DNA of 64,000 nucleotides from assembly GCF_006345805.1 (NCBI RefSeq), contig NC_043002.1, positions 46,500,001 through 46,564,000 on the forward strand, written 5' to 3'. The notes under the pieces are model-generated. The model saw nothing but the letters and a program-made list of their open reading frames with translations, made no database searches and was not told the origin of the DNA. This document shows, in pieces, positions 1 through 13,925 of this stretch. Each line of letters starts with the position of its first letter. Position 1 is the stretch's first letter. The position numbers and the translations under genes are program-made. Origin of the DNA: Octopus sinensis (taxonomy: Eukaryota).

Positions 1-29
1 CTACCCATGTAGGAGAGCAAGAACTTGAA

Positions 30-290
30 TAGAAGCTTGCTTTGCAACCATGTGATTTTGAGTACAGTACCTCTGCATGACACCATGGGCAAGTGTCTTC
101 TACTACAGCCTCGGGGTGACTAATTTATTGTGAGTGAATTTGATTGACGGACCTTAGTGGAAGCCCATCATGTGTGTGTGTGTGTGTGTGTGCATGTTTA
201 ATTCCCTGAAACTTAATGGTTCAACAAAAGAGACCAACGGAATAGTTGGTAGATTTAAAAACTAAGCATGGAGTGGATAAGACCATCATA
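30..290 (+). mobile_element. Decayed OR-type (CORE-like) tRNA-derived SINE
   Basis: Contains the core motif ccatgggcaagtgtcttctactacagcc and the family tail; CpGs largely converted to TG/CA relative to the copy at 38915-39292. Confidence 0.7.
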
Positions 291-299
291 TATATATCA

Positions 300-500
300 T
301 CATATCAAGTCAGTTTTCCATGCTGGCATGGGTTGGATGGTTTGACATGGAGCTGGCCAGACTTCAATTGTCTGTTATAGTATGGTTTCTACAGCTGGAT
401 GCCCTTCCTAATGGCAACCACTTTTCAGAATGTGCTGGGTGCATTTATACAGCACCAGCACAAGCGCATTTTATGTGACTCTGGCACTTGTAAAGGACAA
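300..500 (+). mobile_element. Repeat with RTE-like 3' tail (other copies about 1320-1500, 2350-2580, 16500-16700, 17420-17660)
   Basis: The motif tttctacagctggatgcccttccta(a/g)..caacc recurs at about 385, 2425, 16595 and (reverse) 17540; it resembles RTE-clade 3' tails. Confidence 0.5.
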
Positions 501-649
501 GCCTGTATGTATGGATGACAATGATATATAGAAAGATAGATAGATATGTGTGTGTGTATCTTTGCATGCTCTGATGTTGTGGAAAATGATGCATTGAGTT
601 GGATTCCTTTGCATCAAAAGTTAACCTTGGCCACCTGTTAATATATATT

Positions 650-689
<40 letters not shown>

Positions 690-970
690 ATTGTAAAGTA
701 AATACCAATTCCCAGGGTTATCATTGGCTCAAGGGTGTTCCTCCAGTATAGCCATAGCCCGATGATTGAAACCAGTAAAAGTGTAAATATGTTGTATGCT
801 GTCTTTGATAATTTTTCTCATACACTACTTGCCAAAGTTACACCAGTGAATAATTTATTGAATATCAACTGATAGACGATATAGTAGTGTGGGCTGTGAC
901 AGCATTTATCTTTTGTGTACTAGCTTCATTTTTACTTGCTTTTTATAGCTACTGTTCTCTCTTTCTCTAG

Positions 971-1023
971 TTTAAAAAAGGAAAATGATGCAACACTTGT
1001 TGAAGTTTTGTTTTATTTCCATG
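971..1023 (+). CDS. Candidate internal exon (53 nt, phase 2 to 1; LKKENDATLVEVLFYFH) of an unidentified gene
   Basis: Very strong acceptor ctgttctctctttctctag and donor ATG|gtatgg; only one frame is open. The donor overlaps a SINE head. Confidence 0.35.
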
Positions 1024-3274
1024 GTATGGCTGTATTGTTAAAAAGTTTCTTTCCCAACCCTGTGGTGTCTTCTACTATAGTACCAGGCTGACCAAAGCGT
1101 TGCAAGTGGATTTAGCTGATAAAAACTGACAGAAACTTGTTGTACATACATACATACATCCCCCCATACACACATATACACATAGAAAAATGGATGTTAA
1201 AATGATGATGATGATAATGATACACACATACATAACACACACATATAAATTGTGTGTGTGTCTATGTTTGTGTCTCCTTGTTTTGACATTGGATAGTCGT
1301 AAATGAATGTCACCTTCATACAAGCAGTGTTATTCATTTACAATCTTCTGCAAAAACGGGTCTTGTCATGGGGAAATGTCATCTTGCTTGGAAACAGGTG
1401 AAAGTTGGCAACAGGAAGGGCTTCCTGCTGTAGAAAATCTGCCATAATGAATTCTATCTTACTCATGTCAGCATGGAAAAGTGGACATTGAAATGATGAT
1501 GATGATAGAAAACAATTTCCTTATAAATCAAGATTTTTTTTTTGCTATTTAATGACTGATTATGTGGTTTAATTTTTAAATTAAAAAAAAGTGTTTTGTT
1601 ATTATTTTCATTTCTTTTTTATGATCATTTTTTAAAATTTTCATCTTTGTTCTTCCATTTAATCTTTTCTTAAAATTTGTGCAGGAACATCTTTTTCATT
1701 TTCATGTGTTACTTTTATTAGTTTTTAATGTGATGAAAGTGTTAGATCTCACATTCCATTTTAGACATGATAATTCCACTAAAGGAAATACACGTAAACA
1801 TTTCAATTTGTCACCTTCCATTTGGATAAATATACTTTCAGTTTATAATGGTTTCTTCAAAGTCATAAAAAGAACTTGAAAACATGTAAATTAGATAGTC
1901 TAGTTATCACCATATATAGAACAACAGTCCATCAAATTTAAGAAAGGGTGTCAACTATCAGTAAATAAGTCAGTCTGGCAGAAAACAAAAAGGGTCTGAA
2001 TTCTTAAGATAAGAGAAGACTCATAAAACTAGCCCCAAGCAACAGGAAACACATTAACCATTTTTTTTTTATATCAAAGATTTTCACTTTTTGAAATGAA
2101 CCAAATATTTTAGCAAGGTTTATGTTTGAAAATTGTTGGCAAAAACCTATTTTTTAAACCATAACCATACTCCCAAAACTGTTATTATTGCTACTGTTTC
2201 ATCCCAGGTCAGCTCAAAAGCATTTCATTTGTGACTACACTGTCTGTTTTCCAGATAGTCTCTCCGAGGTTGAATATTCCAGTATGTTCCATCTTGTCCG
2301 AGTTAAAACGATGTGATTTGAGGCAGATCTAGTTGTTTATATCAAACTAACATGCTGTCCTCATCATTTAATGTCCATTTTTTCATACTTGCATGGGTTT
2401 GACAGTTTATTTGAAGCAGATTTTCCTATAGCTGGATGCCCTTCCTGTTGTCAACCCTCACCTGATCCTCAGCAAGGTAATGTATATTCCTAGCTAGAAT
2501 GTTCTGATAGAATAGTGAAAAGGAACAACTCCGCTCCTTGACAATGACTATCATTTACAACTATCACATAATGTCAAGACAAGGAAACACAAACACACAC
2601 TCATATACATGATGGGCTTCTTTCAGTTTCTGTCTACCAAATTCATTGACAAGGCTCAGGTTATCCTGGGGCGCTATTGCAGAAGACACTTACCTTAGGT
2701 GCTATATAGTGGGACTGAATCCAGAACTATGTAGTTGGGAAGCAAACTTCCTACCATACAGCTATGCTTGTGTATATTCTTCAAATGAATCAAATTTTAT
2801 CATACCTTCCTACTTGGTCATCATAGATGTTTGAGAAAGTCAAAAGTAAAATTCACAAGATTTAGGGGTTGTGGCATAATGGTATGGGGGAGACTTCAAT
2901 CAGTCAAAATCTCAGATCACTTATTCCTTGCAAGGAAAGTGTGATTGCATGATATTACAAAGACATTTTATGAAAAAAAAAAAAAAAAAAACTCTTTATG
3001 CAATAAATTTAAAGTCAAACTAAAATTATGATGTTTCTGTTTGTTTTTCTTTTTCTTTTTACTTGTTTCAGTCATTTGATTGCGACCATGTTGGGGCACC
3101 ACCTTAGATGGTTTTTAACTGAACAAATTTACTTTAGCGTTTATTTTTTAAGTCTGGTACTTATTCTCGTAGGCTCTATTGCCTGACTATTAAGCTACGG
3201 AGTTGTAAACAAACCAACACCAGTTGTCAAATGATGGTGGGTCAAACACAGGCACAACACACACAGACATGTGT

Positions 3275-3590
3275 GTAGGCACATGGCTTAGTGATTAGAG
3301 TATTTGGTTTGTAATCTTAAAGTTGGGAGTTTGATTCCTGGTAGTGCATCATGTCCTTGAGCAAGACACTTTACTTCACATTGCTCTAGTCTGCTCAGCT
3401 GGCAAAAATGAATTGTATCTGTAATTCAAAAGGGCCAGCTTTGTCACATTCTGTGTCATGCTGAATCTCCGAGAACTACATTTAGAGTATGCATGTTTGT
3501 GGAGTGCTCAACTACTTGCATATTAATTTCACAAGAGGTCTGCTCTGTTAATTGGACCAACTGGAACATTCACTGTCATAATCAACAGAG
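3275..3590 (+). mobile_element. tRNA-headed SINE, family C (other copies 20830-21025 minus, 34000-34235, 38076-38440, 40829-41070)
   Basis: A/B-box-like head (ggcttagtgattag...gagtttgattcc) followed by gtccttgagcaagacacttt...ttgctctagtc; clear similarity to 38076-38440. Confidence 0.75.
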
Positions 3591-4059
3591 TGCAAGTTAT
3601 ATATATATATAATTTAACTTATTTTCTTTGTTTTTGTAAAATGATTTCAATAAAAAATGAAATTTTTAAAAAGAAAGTAATGTACTTAGCAACTTTACAA
3701 GTGTTTTATTTTATTTGATATGTATAAGTTTGTAACATATACACACACACACATTTATAAATAAATATATATATACACACACATATATACGTTTATAAAT
3801 ATATATATATATATATATAAACATGCATTTATAAATATATATATACACATATTTACGTATATATACACACACACATATATATATATATATGGAGCCTGTA
3901 TATGTAAAATCGACAAAAAAGCAATCCGTCCAGTGAGAGATAAATATTAATTTAATACACAACCAAAAGAGCTTCTAATAGTTTCAAGCTTTTACAATAC
4001 TTTAAGTAAGTATATTTATAAAATACCCTAAGTATCTCCAAGCAATCTTTCAGGCATAT

Positions 4060-4290
4060 ATAAAAATGCAATAATATTTTATAAGCTTAACGCTTATAAA
4101 CAATCAATATGTATTGCCTAAAGAAAATGGTCTAATATTGGGACATGTAAGCCCTTAACAGAAAAAGTAGGGTTTTCCTTACTTTTTTACATTGAGGGCT
4201 TGTATGCCCCAACATTTTCTTTAGTCAGTACATGGTTATCACTTATAAGCTTTAAGCTTATAAAATATTATTATTTACAAAATTGTAAAT
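4060..4290. mobile_element. MITE-like inverted-repeat element (related direct copies at about 6040-6140 and 6310-6410)
   Basis: ataagcttaacgcttataa...ctaaagaaaatg...aagccctt is mirrored by agggctt...cattttctttag...ttataagctttaagcttat. Confidence 0.5.
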
Positions 4291-4994
4291 TCAACACTGC
4301 TTACGAAATCATTACAGAAAACGCACATATATATATATATATATATTTATCAATTTATATGTCTGTTTTTTCAGGCTACCATAAGTCATTTTTTAGGCAT
4401 TGTTTTATAGCAGACACTTCCTGTCTCTAACCCTAACTTGCTTTCTAAGTAAGAGTTAGTGACAGGAATTCTATACATCTTTGAAAGTGAAAAGCCAGCA
4501 GATGATGAAGTCGACTTTGCTCTTCATCCTTTAGGGGTCGATAAATTAAGTACCAGTTATGCACTGGGGTCGATGTAATCGACTTAATCCCTTTGTCTGT
4601 CCTTGCTTTTCCCCTATATGTTTAACCCCTTGTGGGTAGTAAAGAAATAAGATGACCTGTTGATGAGCAAAATGACAGCAACATTACAGCCCTTAGCAAA
4701 AACAGAGATACACACACACACGCACATACATACATACATGTATATATACACATACATACAAGATGGGCTTCTTTCAGTTTCTAATTAGCAAATCTACTCA
4801 ACATTCTTAGATTGGCCCAGAGCTATTGTAGAAGACACTTGCATAGAAAGACTGAACCTGAAAGTATATGGTTAGGAAGTGAACTTCTTAAGCATATGAC
4901 CATGCCTGCATGTATCCACAGTTTTGTTTACACACACACACACACACATATATATATACACATGCACACATACTTGTGTACGTATGTGTGTGTG

Positions 4995-5033
<39 letters not shown>

Positions 5034-5036
<3 letters not shown>

Positions 5037-5410
5037 TGCAGGCATGGCTGTGTGCTAAGTAGCTTGCTTACCAGCCACATGGTTTGGGGTTCAGTCCTAC
5101 TGCGTGGCACCTTGGGCAAGTGTCTTTTACTATAGTCTCAGGCTGACCAAAGCCTTCTGAGTGGATTTGGTAGACGGAAACTGAAAGAAGCCTGTCATAT
5201 ATATTTATTTATATATATATATATATATGTTCCCCACCACCACCATTGCTTGACAACCAATGTTGGTGTGTTTACATCTCTGTAACTTAGCAGTTCAGCA
5301 AAAGAGACCGATAGAATAAGTACTAGGCTTACAAAGAATTAGTCCTGGGTCAATTTATTCGACTAAAGCTCCAGCATGGCCAGTCAAATGACTGAAACAA
5401 ATAAAAGAAT
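5034..5410 (+). mobile_element. Near full-length OR-type CORE-SINE
   Basis: tRNA-like head ggcatggctgtgtgctaagtagcttgc, core ggcaccttgggcaagtgtctt, internal microsatellite and tail gactgaaacaaataaaaga. Confidence 0.8.
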
Positions 5411-7081
5411 ATATATATGTATGTATGTATATAAATTGTTGTTATGCAGTATATTTAGTTGCATAATTTTCCTTCTACACATAAATATTATTTTTTACGT
5501 TCAGTTTTCTACACAGAGGAGTGTTTTTTAAAACTTCAGCACTTAGGGACTGGGAGCATATTTTTTTGTCTCAGTGTGTGTGTGTAATTGTGCATATGCA
5601 CACATGAAATTTGATGAGTCTAAATAAATAGAGTTCAGCTACCACAGAACAGGCAAATTCATCTATACACACAAACACTTGTATATGTTTGAAGTGATTC
5701 ATAAATCAGTGAGTCATACGACCACCGAAACTGTGATATGATGTATCTTGGTCAAGTCAACCTGGTAGTGTCAGGGTGTTAGGGAAGAGTTGAACTCAGC
5801 ATTGCAAGCTAATGAGACATCATTTTTACAATGCCACAATTCTACAGCTGTTTATATCAGTGGATTTTTTTAATGTTTTGCTGGTTTCATTTGTTGGACT
5901 GTGGCCATGCTTGGCCTACCAGTGTCTTTTGCCAAACTGCTAAGTTATGAGGACGTAAATAAACTAACACTGGTTGTCAAGTGGTGAGGGGAATATACAA
6001 AAGCATGCACACACACACACATATATGCATGCATAATTTTTTTTGTAAATAGAATTATAAGCTTTCATTGTATATTGACTATAGAAAATAGTCTAATATT
6101 AGGACATAAGAACCCCTGTAATGGAAAAAAGTGAATATTAGTATGCATGGGAATCAAACCCATGCCTCTTATTTTTGTGATAAGTTTGCTAACCAATTAT
6201 ATCAACATACCCACAATTTTTTTTGAAAAATTCAGGAAATATAATCTCATAGCAGTAAACATGTAAGTATGCGAATTCTGCATCAATTAGAAAACGGTGG
6301 CAGTTGAAATATTTTTGTAAATAGAATTATAAGCCTTCACCGTATATTGATTATAGAAAATAGTTCAATATTAGGGTAGAAAACCCTTCATAATAGAAAA
6401 AAATATATATCATATATGTGTATATTGGGGTCCCATACAGTGCCTGTTGTAACCTATTTACAGGTCTGTGCACTAAGTTATTGATAATTAAATGCTTTGA
6501 GTAACAGATGCAGCAAATTACTTGCCGTGATAGGATATGAACCATAGTCTTTCCTTCATCTGGTTCTTTGACACCTTGACGCCCTATCAACTCTATAACT
6601 GCAATTTGCATATTGTCTATATGCAAATATATATCTATATATATATACATACATGAATGTGTGTGTATGTATATGTGTTTCTCTAAACTCCCGAAAACCT
6701 CATAAAAATTAGTTCTCGTTTCATAGCATTACGTATAAGAGATATGTAACATTAATGAGCAATGCCTGTTACTGATAATTTAATACTTTGAGTGACAATT
6801 AAGAAACTGATGCATGGGGAGTTAAATACTTGCAATGGGTGTGAACTCAAGATCTAAAGGTTGGCAGTGCAATACCATAATCACTAGGCAAGTTTATGTT
6901 TTCACACACATGCATGCACACACACTCTCTCTCACACACACATGCATTTAGATGTGACCTTAAATCAAACTGTCACTGTTTGTTCAGTCAACTTAGCTGA
7001 AATAAAAGCCACTTCAATATGACAGCTACAAAAAAAAATTGAATTTGTTCCAGCAATTCATTTATTTTCCTAAATTTGCAG

Positions 7082-7092
7082 AACCCCACAAG
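7082..7092 (+). CDS. Candidate 11-nt microexon AACCCCACAAG
   Basis: Acceptor tttattttcctaaatttgcag and donor AAG|gtaaga separated by only 11 nt, in unique sequence. Confidence 0.45.
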
Positions 7093-8876
7093 GTAAGAAA
7101 AAAAATAAAAGAGTTGTTTTAATGGTTTTCTATCATGTAGTGAAATATTGTTTATTTATGTGTGCCATTTGTAGCATAATTTTTAAATCCGGCTTACTCC
7201 ATGTATATGACAATATTGAACAACAAATAATAATTTTATAGAAATATGTTAGGAAACACTCACTTCACCATTGCTTAGTATTGAAGCTTCTTAATTGGAA
7301 TAAATTCCAGATGGGTCAGTTATGTTCTGTATATGATGGTCCCAGGGGCAGCTTGTAGATAAAATTAGTTGGGGTGCTGCTTCTGAAAATTTTTAGCTGT
7401 TTTAATATTGTGTAAAAGGAAACTAACATATAAAAAGATTTATACATAAGCTTGATTGGTTGGCATTTTAGCCACTGCTGGGTAGTGTGTTTAATTTGTT
7501 TGCTGAACACTGCCATGAATTCCCCCTTTTTTTTCAAAAATCCCCCCTGCCAAATTACAAAATAAGGCAGCAACACTGAAGCTGGAAGCAGGATAATAAT
7601 TTAATTCTACACTTTATCCCATTCAAGAATATAAACATGTTTTTAAGCATAACATACGTGGAGTCAAAAAGAAATACTACCTTTCACCTGCCAGTCATTC
7701 ATGCAGTGCTCTCTCTCCCTAGCATGAAGCTTCCTATCTCGGACATATGAGCATGCGCACAACAGCCAAACACCGCATCGCTGGAACTGTGAAGTGCACA
7801 GTTCTATACAAAGATTTTTGTATTTTTCTCATAAACTAGGGGATGGCTACTGACATTAAGCTTAAGGATTATATAATGTACAAGTATGAAGAAAGAATTA
7901 AAGTAAAAAGGACTCATTATATTAAATGTTATTGATAATATCAAGTGGAAATAGGAAGTGCTGCAGTGCCTATACACGAGCCACCACAGGAAAGTATTGA
8001 TAATACGTAGACCAATACAATATGTTGCATGCTTGATGAATCAACATTTATATTGTTTCATACCCGACTAAAGGAAAACCTTAAGTACAAAAAGATAAAT
8101 GTCCTGTCCACAAATACATTCATATTAGGTTTCCTGAAGACAATTATGTTTTACCAAAATCATGGAGGTGCAAGGGATCCAAGAACATGTGTTTAAAGCA
8201 AATCAAAATAATGTTGTGAATCCAAAGTTGGGAAAAGGCTACTTATAGTTCCTCATGGTTGTAACTGCAAAGGAGGGGCAAACCCAGTAATGTTACTGGA
8301 GACAAAATAATATTTAATAATTATTTCTGCTATAGGCTCAAAGCCTGAAATTTTTTGGTGGAGGGGACTAGCCAATTACTTAAACCCCAGTTTTTGACTG
8401 GTACTTAATTTATTGACCATGAGAGGATGAAAGGCAAAGTTGACTCAGTGGAACTTGGACTGAGAATGCAAAGATGGATGAAACGCCATTAAGTAGTTTA
8501 CCTAGTTGGCTATTATTCCTACCTTCATTAATTACATTACAGGTACAACATAAATTTTTTTGAATCTTTTGTTTCAAAGCATTTCCAGATTACTGATTTT
8601 TCCAAAGAAGGGGTGGTCACTTCTAGATTAAATACATATTAAATTCACTGAAATAATTAAATGGAAATACAGATATTTGTACATTAGTGTAACTGATACA
8701 AGTTTAAGGTACCATGCAAAGTACTGTGAAACAGGACTGTCTAGTAAACTAGTCTGGTAGCTGCAAGAATTTGAAATTCCTGCTTGTAAATTAGTGTAGA
8801 TTATAAGAGGTTCTAAACTGTCTGTGTCCAGAAAATCAGTGTTGTACTTGTATTAGAAGTTTTGCTTTTGATATAG

Positions 8877-8915
8877 ATCTTAGAATTTGATGGTACTGTT
8901 CCTGGTAATCATATG
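8877..8915 (+). CDS. Candidate short exon (ILEFDGTVPG[NHM]; donor at 8905 or 8916)
   Basis: Acceptor gttttgcttttgatatag; only phase 0 is open; donors CCTG|gtaatc and ATG|gtaatt. Confidence 0.3.
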
Positions 8916-8968
8916 GTAATTTCTTCCCAGTTATATCTCAAAAAAGAAAATGTTTTTTTTAATTACAG

Positions 8969-8985
8969 GAATTAGGAGGATTTTT
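8969..8985 (+). CDS. Candidate 17-nt microexon GAATTAGGAGGATTTTT
   Basis: Acceptor tgtttttttttaattacag and donor gtgagt. The intron to the preceding candidate would be only 53-64 nt, which weakens one of the two calls. Confidence 0.3.
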
Positions 8986-10695
8986 GTGAGTTATCAACTT
9001 TTTTAATTAATCTAAGTAAAATAATGATTTATAACATCAACACAAGGACTCACATTTTGGGAGAAGCATAAAGTTGATTAAATCAATCCTAGCATTTGAT
9101 GGTTGCTAATTTTATCTTTCCAAGAAGGATGTAAGGCAAAATAGACCCAATCCTATAGTTCACAACCTTTAATGCTTTCAAATACAAAATCAGAAATATC
9201 AAGCATGATGCTTAAGATACAAATCCTATCTACAGTAAAAAACTTGTGAATTCACAGTGAACTGGGGAAACATGAAATGACACTTTGAAAAATGTATTTT
9301 TCAATCTTAAAAATAAACTAAGGAATCTGAGGAAATTGGTTTATATTGACAAGAATTGTATAGTGCAGTTTTTGAGATTAGAGAAATTTGATAAATGATA
9401 CAGGGCAAAAATGGGAAAGACATGTATACATGTGTATTTGTATGCAGGATGTATGTGTACTTGGATTTCTTGGAGAAGTGACTGAACAGAATTGTATAAA
9501 AAGCTCTTGCTTTTGCCACTTCACTAATCTGTTTATGCAAGAGCTTTTACAGGCACACTTCACTAGCTAGAAATAGTAACCAAATCTCCATTAAGTCTTC
9601 CCTACAATATTGGTTTCAAATTTTGGCACAAGGCCAATAATTTCAAGGGAAGGGGTAAGTGGATTACATTGCATCTGGTGATCAACTGGTACTTATTGTA
9701 TCAATTCTGAAAATATGAAAGGCAAAGTCAACCTTAGAGGTTTTTGAACTCAGAACGTAAAGATGGACAAAATGCCCAGAAGTATTTTGCATGGCGTGCT
9801 AACTATTCTGCCTGATCACTACCTTAATCTTCTCTACAATATTGAAAAGAAAATATACATTGGATTATGTAGTCAGTCTTGCAATATGCTGAAAGACAAA
9901 AAAGTACAGGATGATCACTGGTTGGAATGCATTAGATAATAAGCTGATTTGAATCTAAACAACACTGATTTTTAAAGCTGGCAGTTTCCTTTCAAGAAGC
10001 TCCTTAATACTTTAAAATCATTTCCATATATTCAAGTTAAAAAAGAGAAAAATTCTTAATAAATGATAAAGTTTGACCAAAATTGGCACTCTTGATATCT
10101 TGTATTCTGAGATGTGCTCACGACACATCAAATAGTCTTAACATATCAAATGTGCTGGACATGAGTGCTAGTAAAGTGCAGTAAAGATGATTACTGGTTG
10201 TTAATAAAAAATTACAACACCAACAAAAACAACCTAATATTTTTCTCAGAAACACACAAAATATTCTCATCCTCCCCAACACTAAGTATATAAAAAAATA
10301 AAGTTGTTAAAAGACTGAGGAGATGCATGAAATGATAAAATGGATTAATTCACTAGAATCAAGTTTGTTATCAGTGTATTTTTGACACATGTATGTTGTT
10401 TTGCTTTATCAGTGATAGATTAGTCAACAGTTTAAACTCTGCTGTTATACAAGTATTTTACGGTTATTTTAAACTACTGATTTCACAAAAGTACTTTAAA
10501 ATCATTTTACAGCTAATATTTAACAAGTAATTTGAGAAGCAGAGTATTTCCTAAACTAATCTCAGTATTAGTAGTTTGTTACTATCAACAATGTACTAGA
10601 TATAGATGTGTTTATATAGATATATATGTGGGTATTTACATATATATTGTGTGTTTATGAGTATATATGTATATGTGTGCATGTATGAGTGTGTG

Positions 10696-10729
<34 letters not shown>

Positions 10730-11521
10730 GTATATCATTGATAGTAAAATCTACTAAGATTAGTTTATAAAAGTGTATAAGTCTATTTGCCTAATCTATC
10801 TGACTGACAACACTTCATGGTTGAGTGTTTAATTGTGAGAAGGCATTGAGTTGTAAAATTGCTTCAACATGTAACATCAAAGTTTGTAAAATAAAACAAA
10901 CATTGCTTGTAAATAAAAACAAAAAACAAGCATATATAAGCATGATAATGTATTTCTACACTGCTCATATTTTTAAAGGCATGATAATTATAAGAAGCTT
11001 AATTCAGTAATATAAAAAGAAAGATAGCTTTTATATTTCATAGCCCTGTGAAGACCTACACTCTGTTATATAATGTTTTGTGTTGCTCATGTAATGATCC
11101 TCATGCAGGTGAATAAGATGGTTGTTAAAATAGAGAAGTAGGAAAACTGCTAGAGATCACACATTGACAGATGTGGAAAATAGTGAATGATGTGTCTTCC
11201 TAGATCTCCAGTATTTCAGAACATGCAAACAAGAGTAATTCCATGAAGCAGAAAAGTAAAAGATCAACAGCTTCATTGTTGGTCACGGGCTGTGTACCAT
11301 AAATGATAAGAAAAGGTAACAAAAGATTTATTAATCATTGAAGTAAATTTTGTGAGGCATGTAGTCTATACTGAGTAGTTATTTTAGCACAATAAATCAT
11401 GATGGACATGATCTGTTCAGTACTAAATTGGACTTAAAATTTTGTTTGTATCTGAAAATTATCATACTTTCAGTATTTCAGTTCAAGGTCATAGTTCAGG
11501 GAATCAGTGTTTAGTCCCTAG

Positions 11522-12211
11522 CAGGGCTGGATTTGTGTTTGGGCCAATATAGGCAATGGCCCAGAGGCCTCCGATGCTTGGGAGCTCCCTTTAGCTCACA
11601 GAAGCTTAAAGCTTTGTGTTAAAAATTCAAAAATATATTCACAGCGATAAAATAAATAATATTTTTACTTGTTAAAATTTCTTTTAATCCAAAACAGTTC
11701 TTTTAAAATTATCAGACCTTCTTTTGATTTATTGGGCCCTTTTAGATTTAAAAGGCCATCATATTTAACTGACTCTCTCTGAATCTGCCAAAGTCTCCTT
11801 TTAAGTTTTAGGGCCTAATATGTAATGGGGCCCTATTTTATTATCTTATGTTTAAATTAACTCTTTTTTTAAAGAGCACCCTTTTAAAAATACTTTGAGA
11901 TTGTATTTTCTTTTGATATAATACGAAGACAGTAAACAGCAATGCGTTATCCAAACAAATGAACAAGGCAATATGAACGTGTCAAAAGCTATCAAATTGC
12001 AATCAACCATTAAAGTTATGGAATATGCAAAAAAACCTTTTTAGGAAAATATAAATTTGATATGAAATTATAAATCTTCTATGAAGTTAGATTATTTTAC
12101 ATTATATTTGTTTTTATAATGCACATTCCTATTGTTTAGATCTAAATGGTTGAAAATTACATATTCAAAATCTATTGGCTCAGGGGCCGTACAGAATCTA
12201 AAGCAAACCAT
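11522..12211. mobile_element. hAT-like non-autonomous DNA transposon (MITE)
   Basis: Starts cagggctggattt...ggccc, ends ggggccgtacagaatctaaagcaaaccatg, with internal gggccc subterminal motifs; no TSD resolved. Confidence 0.4.
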
Positions 12212-12514
12212 GACCCTTTGTTATAAAATGCTGCTTAAGCTTTTCCTGTTTTAAATTCAACAAATTCAGATTATCTTCTGAACTTTATATGTGGCATCTG
12301 TTCGTTTTAGGATTTAATATTCTAAATATTCAGCCTGCACACATCATGCCCATATCTATGGACCCTGGGTGCTTTTTAGCAGAATACTCCCTTGTTGCAA
12401 GCATTTGGGGGTAGGCTTCTGGTCAGAAGATAAATCTCTCCTCCACCACTAGTCTCAGAGGTCTTATAAATATCTATGGGCATTGTTCTCTTGTGACTAA
12501 AAGATAAAATAATA

Positions 12515-13925
12515 ACTATAATAATCCTTTCTACTATAGACACAAGACCTGAAATTTGGAGAGGAGGTGTAGTAGACATTTACATCAACCCTAGTATTCA
12601 ACTGGCTCTTATTTTATTCACTATGAAAGGATGAAATGCAAAGTGAACCTCGGTGGCATTTAACCTCAGAATGTAAAGCCAGAGGAAATGCTGCTAATGA
12701 TTCTGCTAGCTTGATGCTTTAATAATGAGTACTAATCTCACAATTTGGATTGAAAAGGTAGGAGTAGATGTAAAAATAGAGCAACTGCAGAAAACAGGTA
12801 CTTGGAACTGCATAACTTATACATAAATTTATACACATGCGTAAGAGAGAGAGAGAGAAAAATGCTGTGTGGACAGGTGCAGGTAGTATGTTTAAGAGGT
12901 TCACTCTCCAACCACATGCTTGCAGGTTCAGTCCTATTGAGTTCTAGAAACCAGAATGAAGAATATTCCGTTAGTCTATTCGTCGTGGACAGCTGACACT
13001 TTGTTATATTCTCTAGCAACATAACAACAGCAACAACAATAATAATAATGGCTTCAAATTTTGGCAAAAGACCAGCAATTTCAGGGGAGGAGATAAGTTG
13101 ATTACATTGACCCCAGTACTCAACTGGTACTTATTTTATTGATGCTGAAAGAATGAAGGGCAAAGATGACCTTGAAAGAATTTGAACTTAGAATGTAAAG
13201 ATGGACAAAATGTCGCTAAGCAGGTTTACTTGGTGTGTTAAAGATTCTGCCAGCTCACTTTAATAACATAAATAATAATGATAATCCTTTCTACTAAAGG
13301 CACTGGGCTTGAAATTTTGTGGGAGGGGACTAGTCAATTTAATTGACACCAGTGTTTTGTTGGTGCTTAATTTATTGACCCTGAAAGGATGAAAGGCAAA
13401 GTCGACCTTGGCAGAATTCGAACTCAGAACGTAATGACAGACGAAATGCAGCTAACCATTTTGCCCGTCATGCTAATCATTCTGCTAGCTCACCACAATA
13501 ATAATAATAATAATGGTTTCAAATTTTGGCCCAAGGTCAGCAATATTTGAGGAAGGGTTAGGGTTCCTTCAATAAATTTTTTAAAAAATAGCAAAGCCAA
13601 AATATAACACAGCAAACACCCAAAGAATACAGATCTGTGTGTGGTAGTGCAATGAAAGTATACAATAAAACATAAGACAACTGAATAATAATTGTAATAA
13701 TAATAATAATAATAATCCTTTCTACTATAGGCACAAGGCCTGAAACTTTGGGGGAGAGGTTAAGTCGATTACATTGATCCCAGTACTCAACTGGTACTTC
13801 ATTTATCGAGTCTGAAAGGATGAAAGGCAAAGTTGACTTCAGCGGAATTTGAGTTCAGAATGTAAAGACGGACCAAATGCTGCTGAGCATTTTGCCTGGC
13901 ATGCTAACGATTGTGCCATCTTGTA
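12515..13925 (-). mobile_element. Cluster of about 5 same-orientation OK-like SINEs (family B) joined by (AAT)n tracts
   Basis: The motif ctggtact...gaaaggatgaaaggcaaagt(c/t)gacc..gaactcagaa(c/t)gtaa recurs at about 12600, 13120, 13360 and 13790, with a truncated copy at about 13510. Confidence 0.8.
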
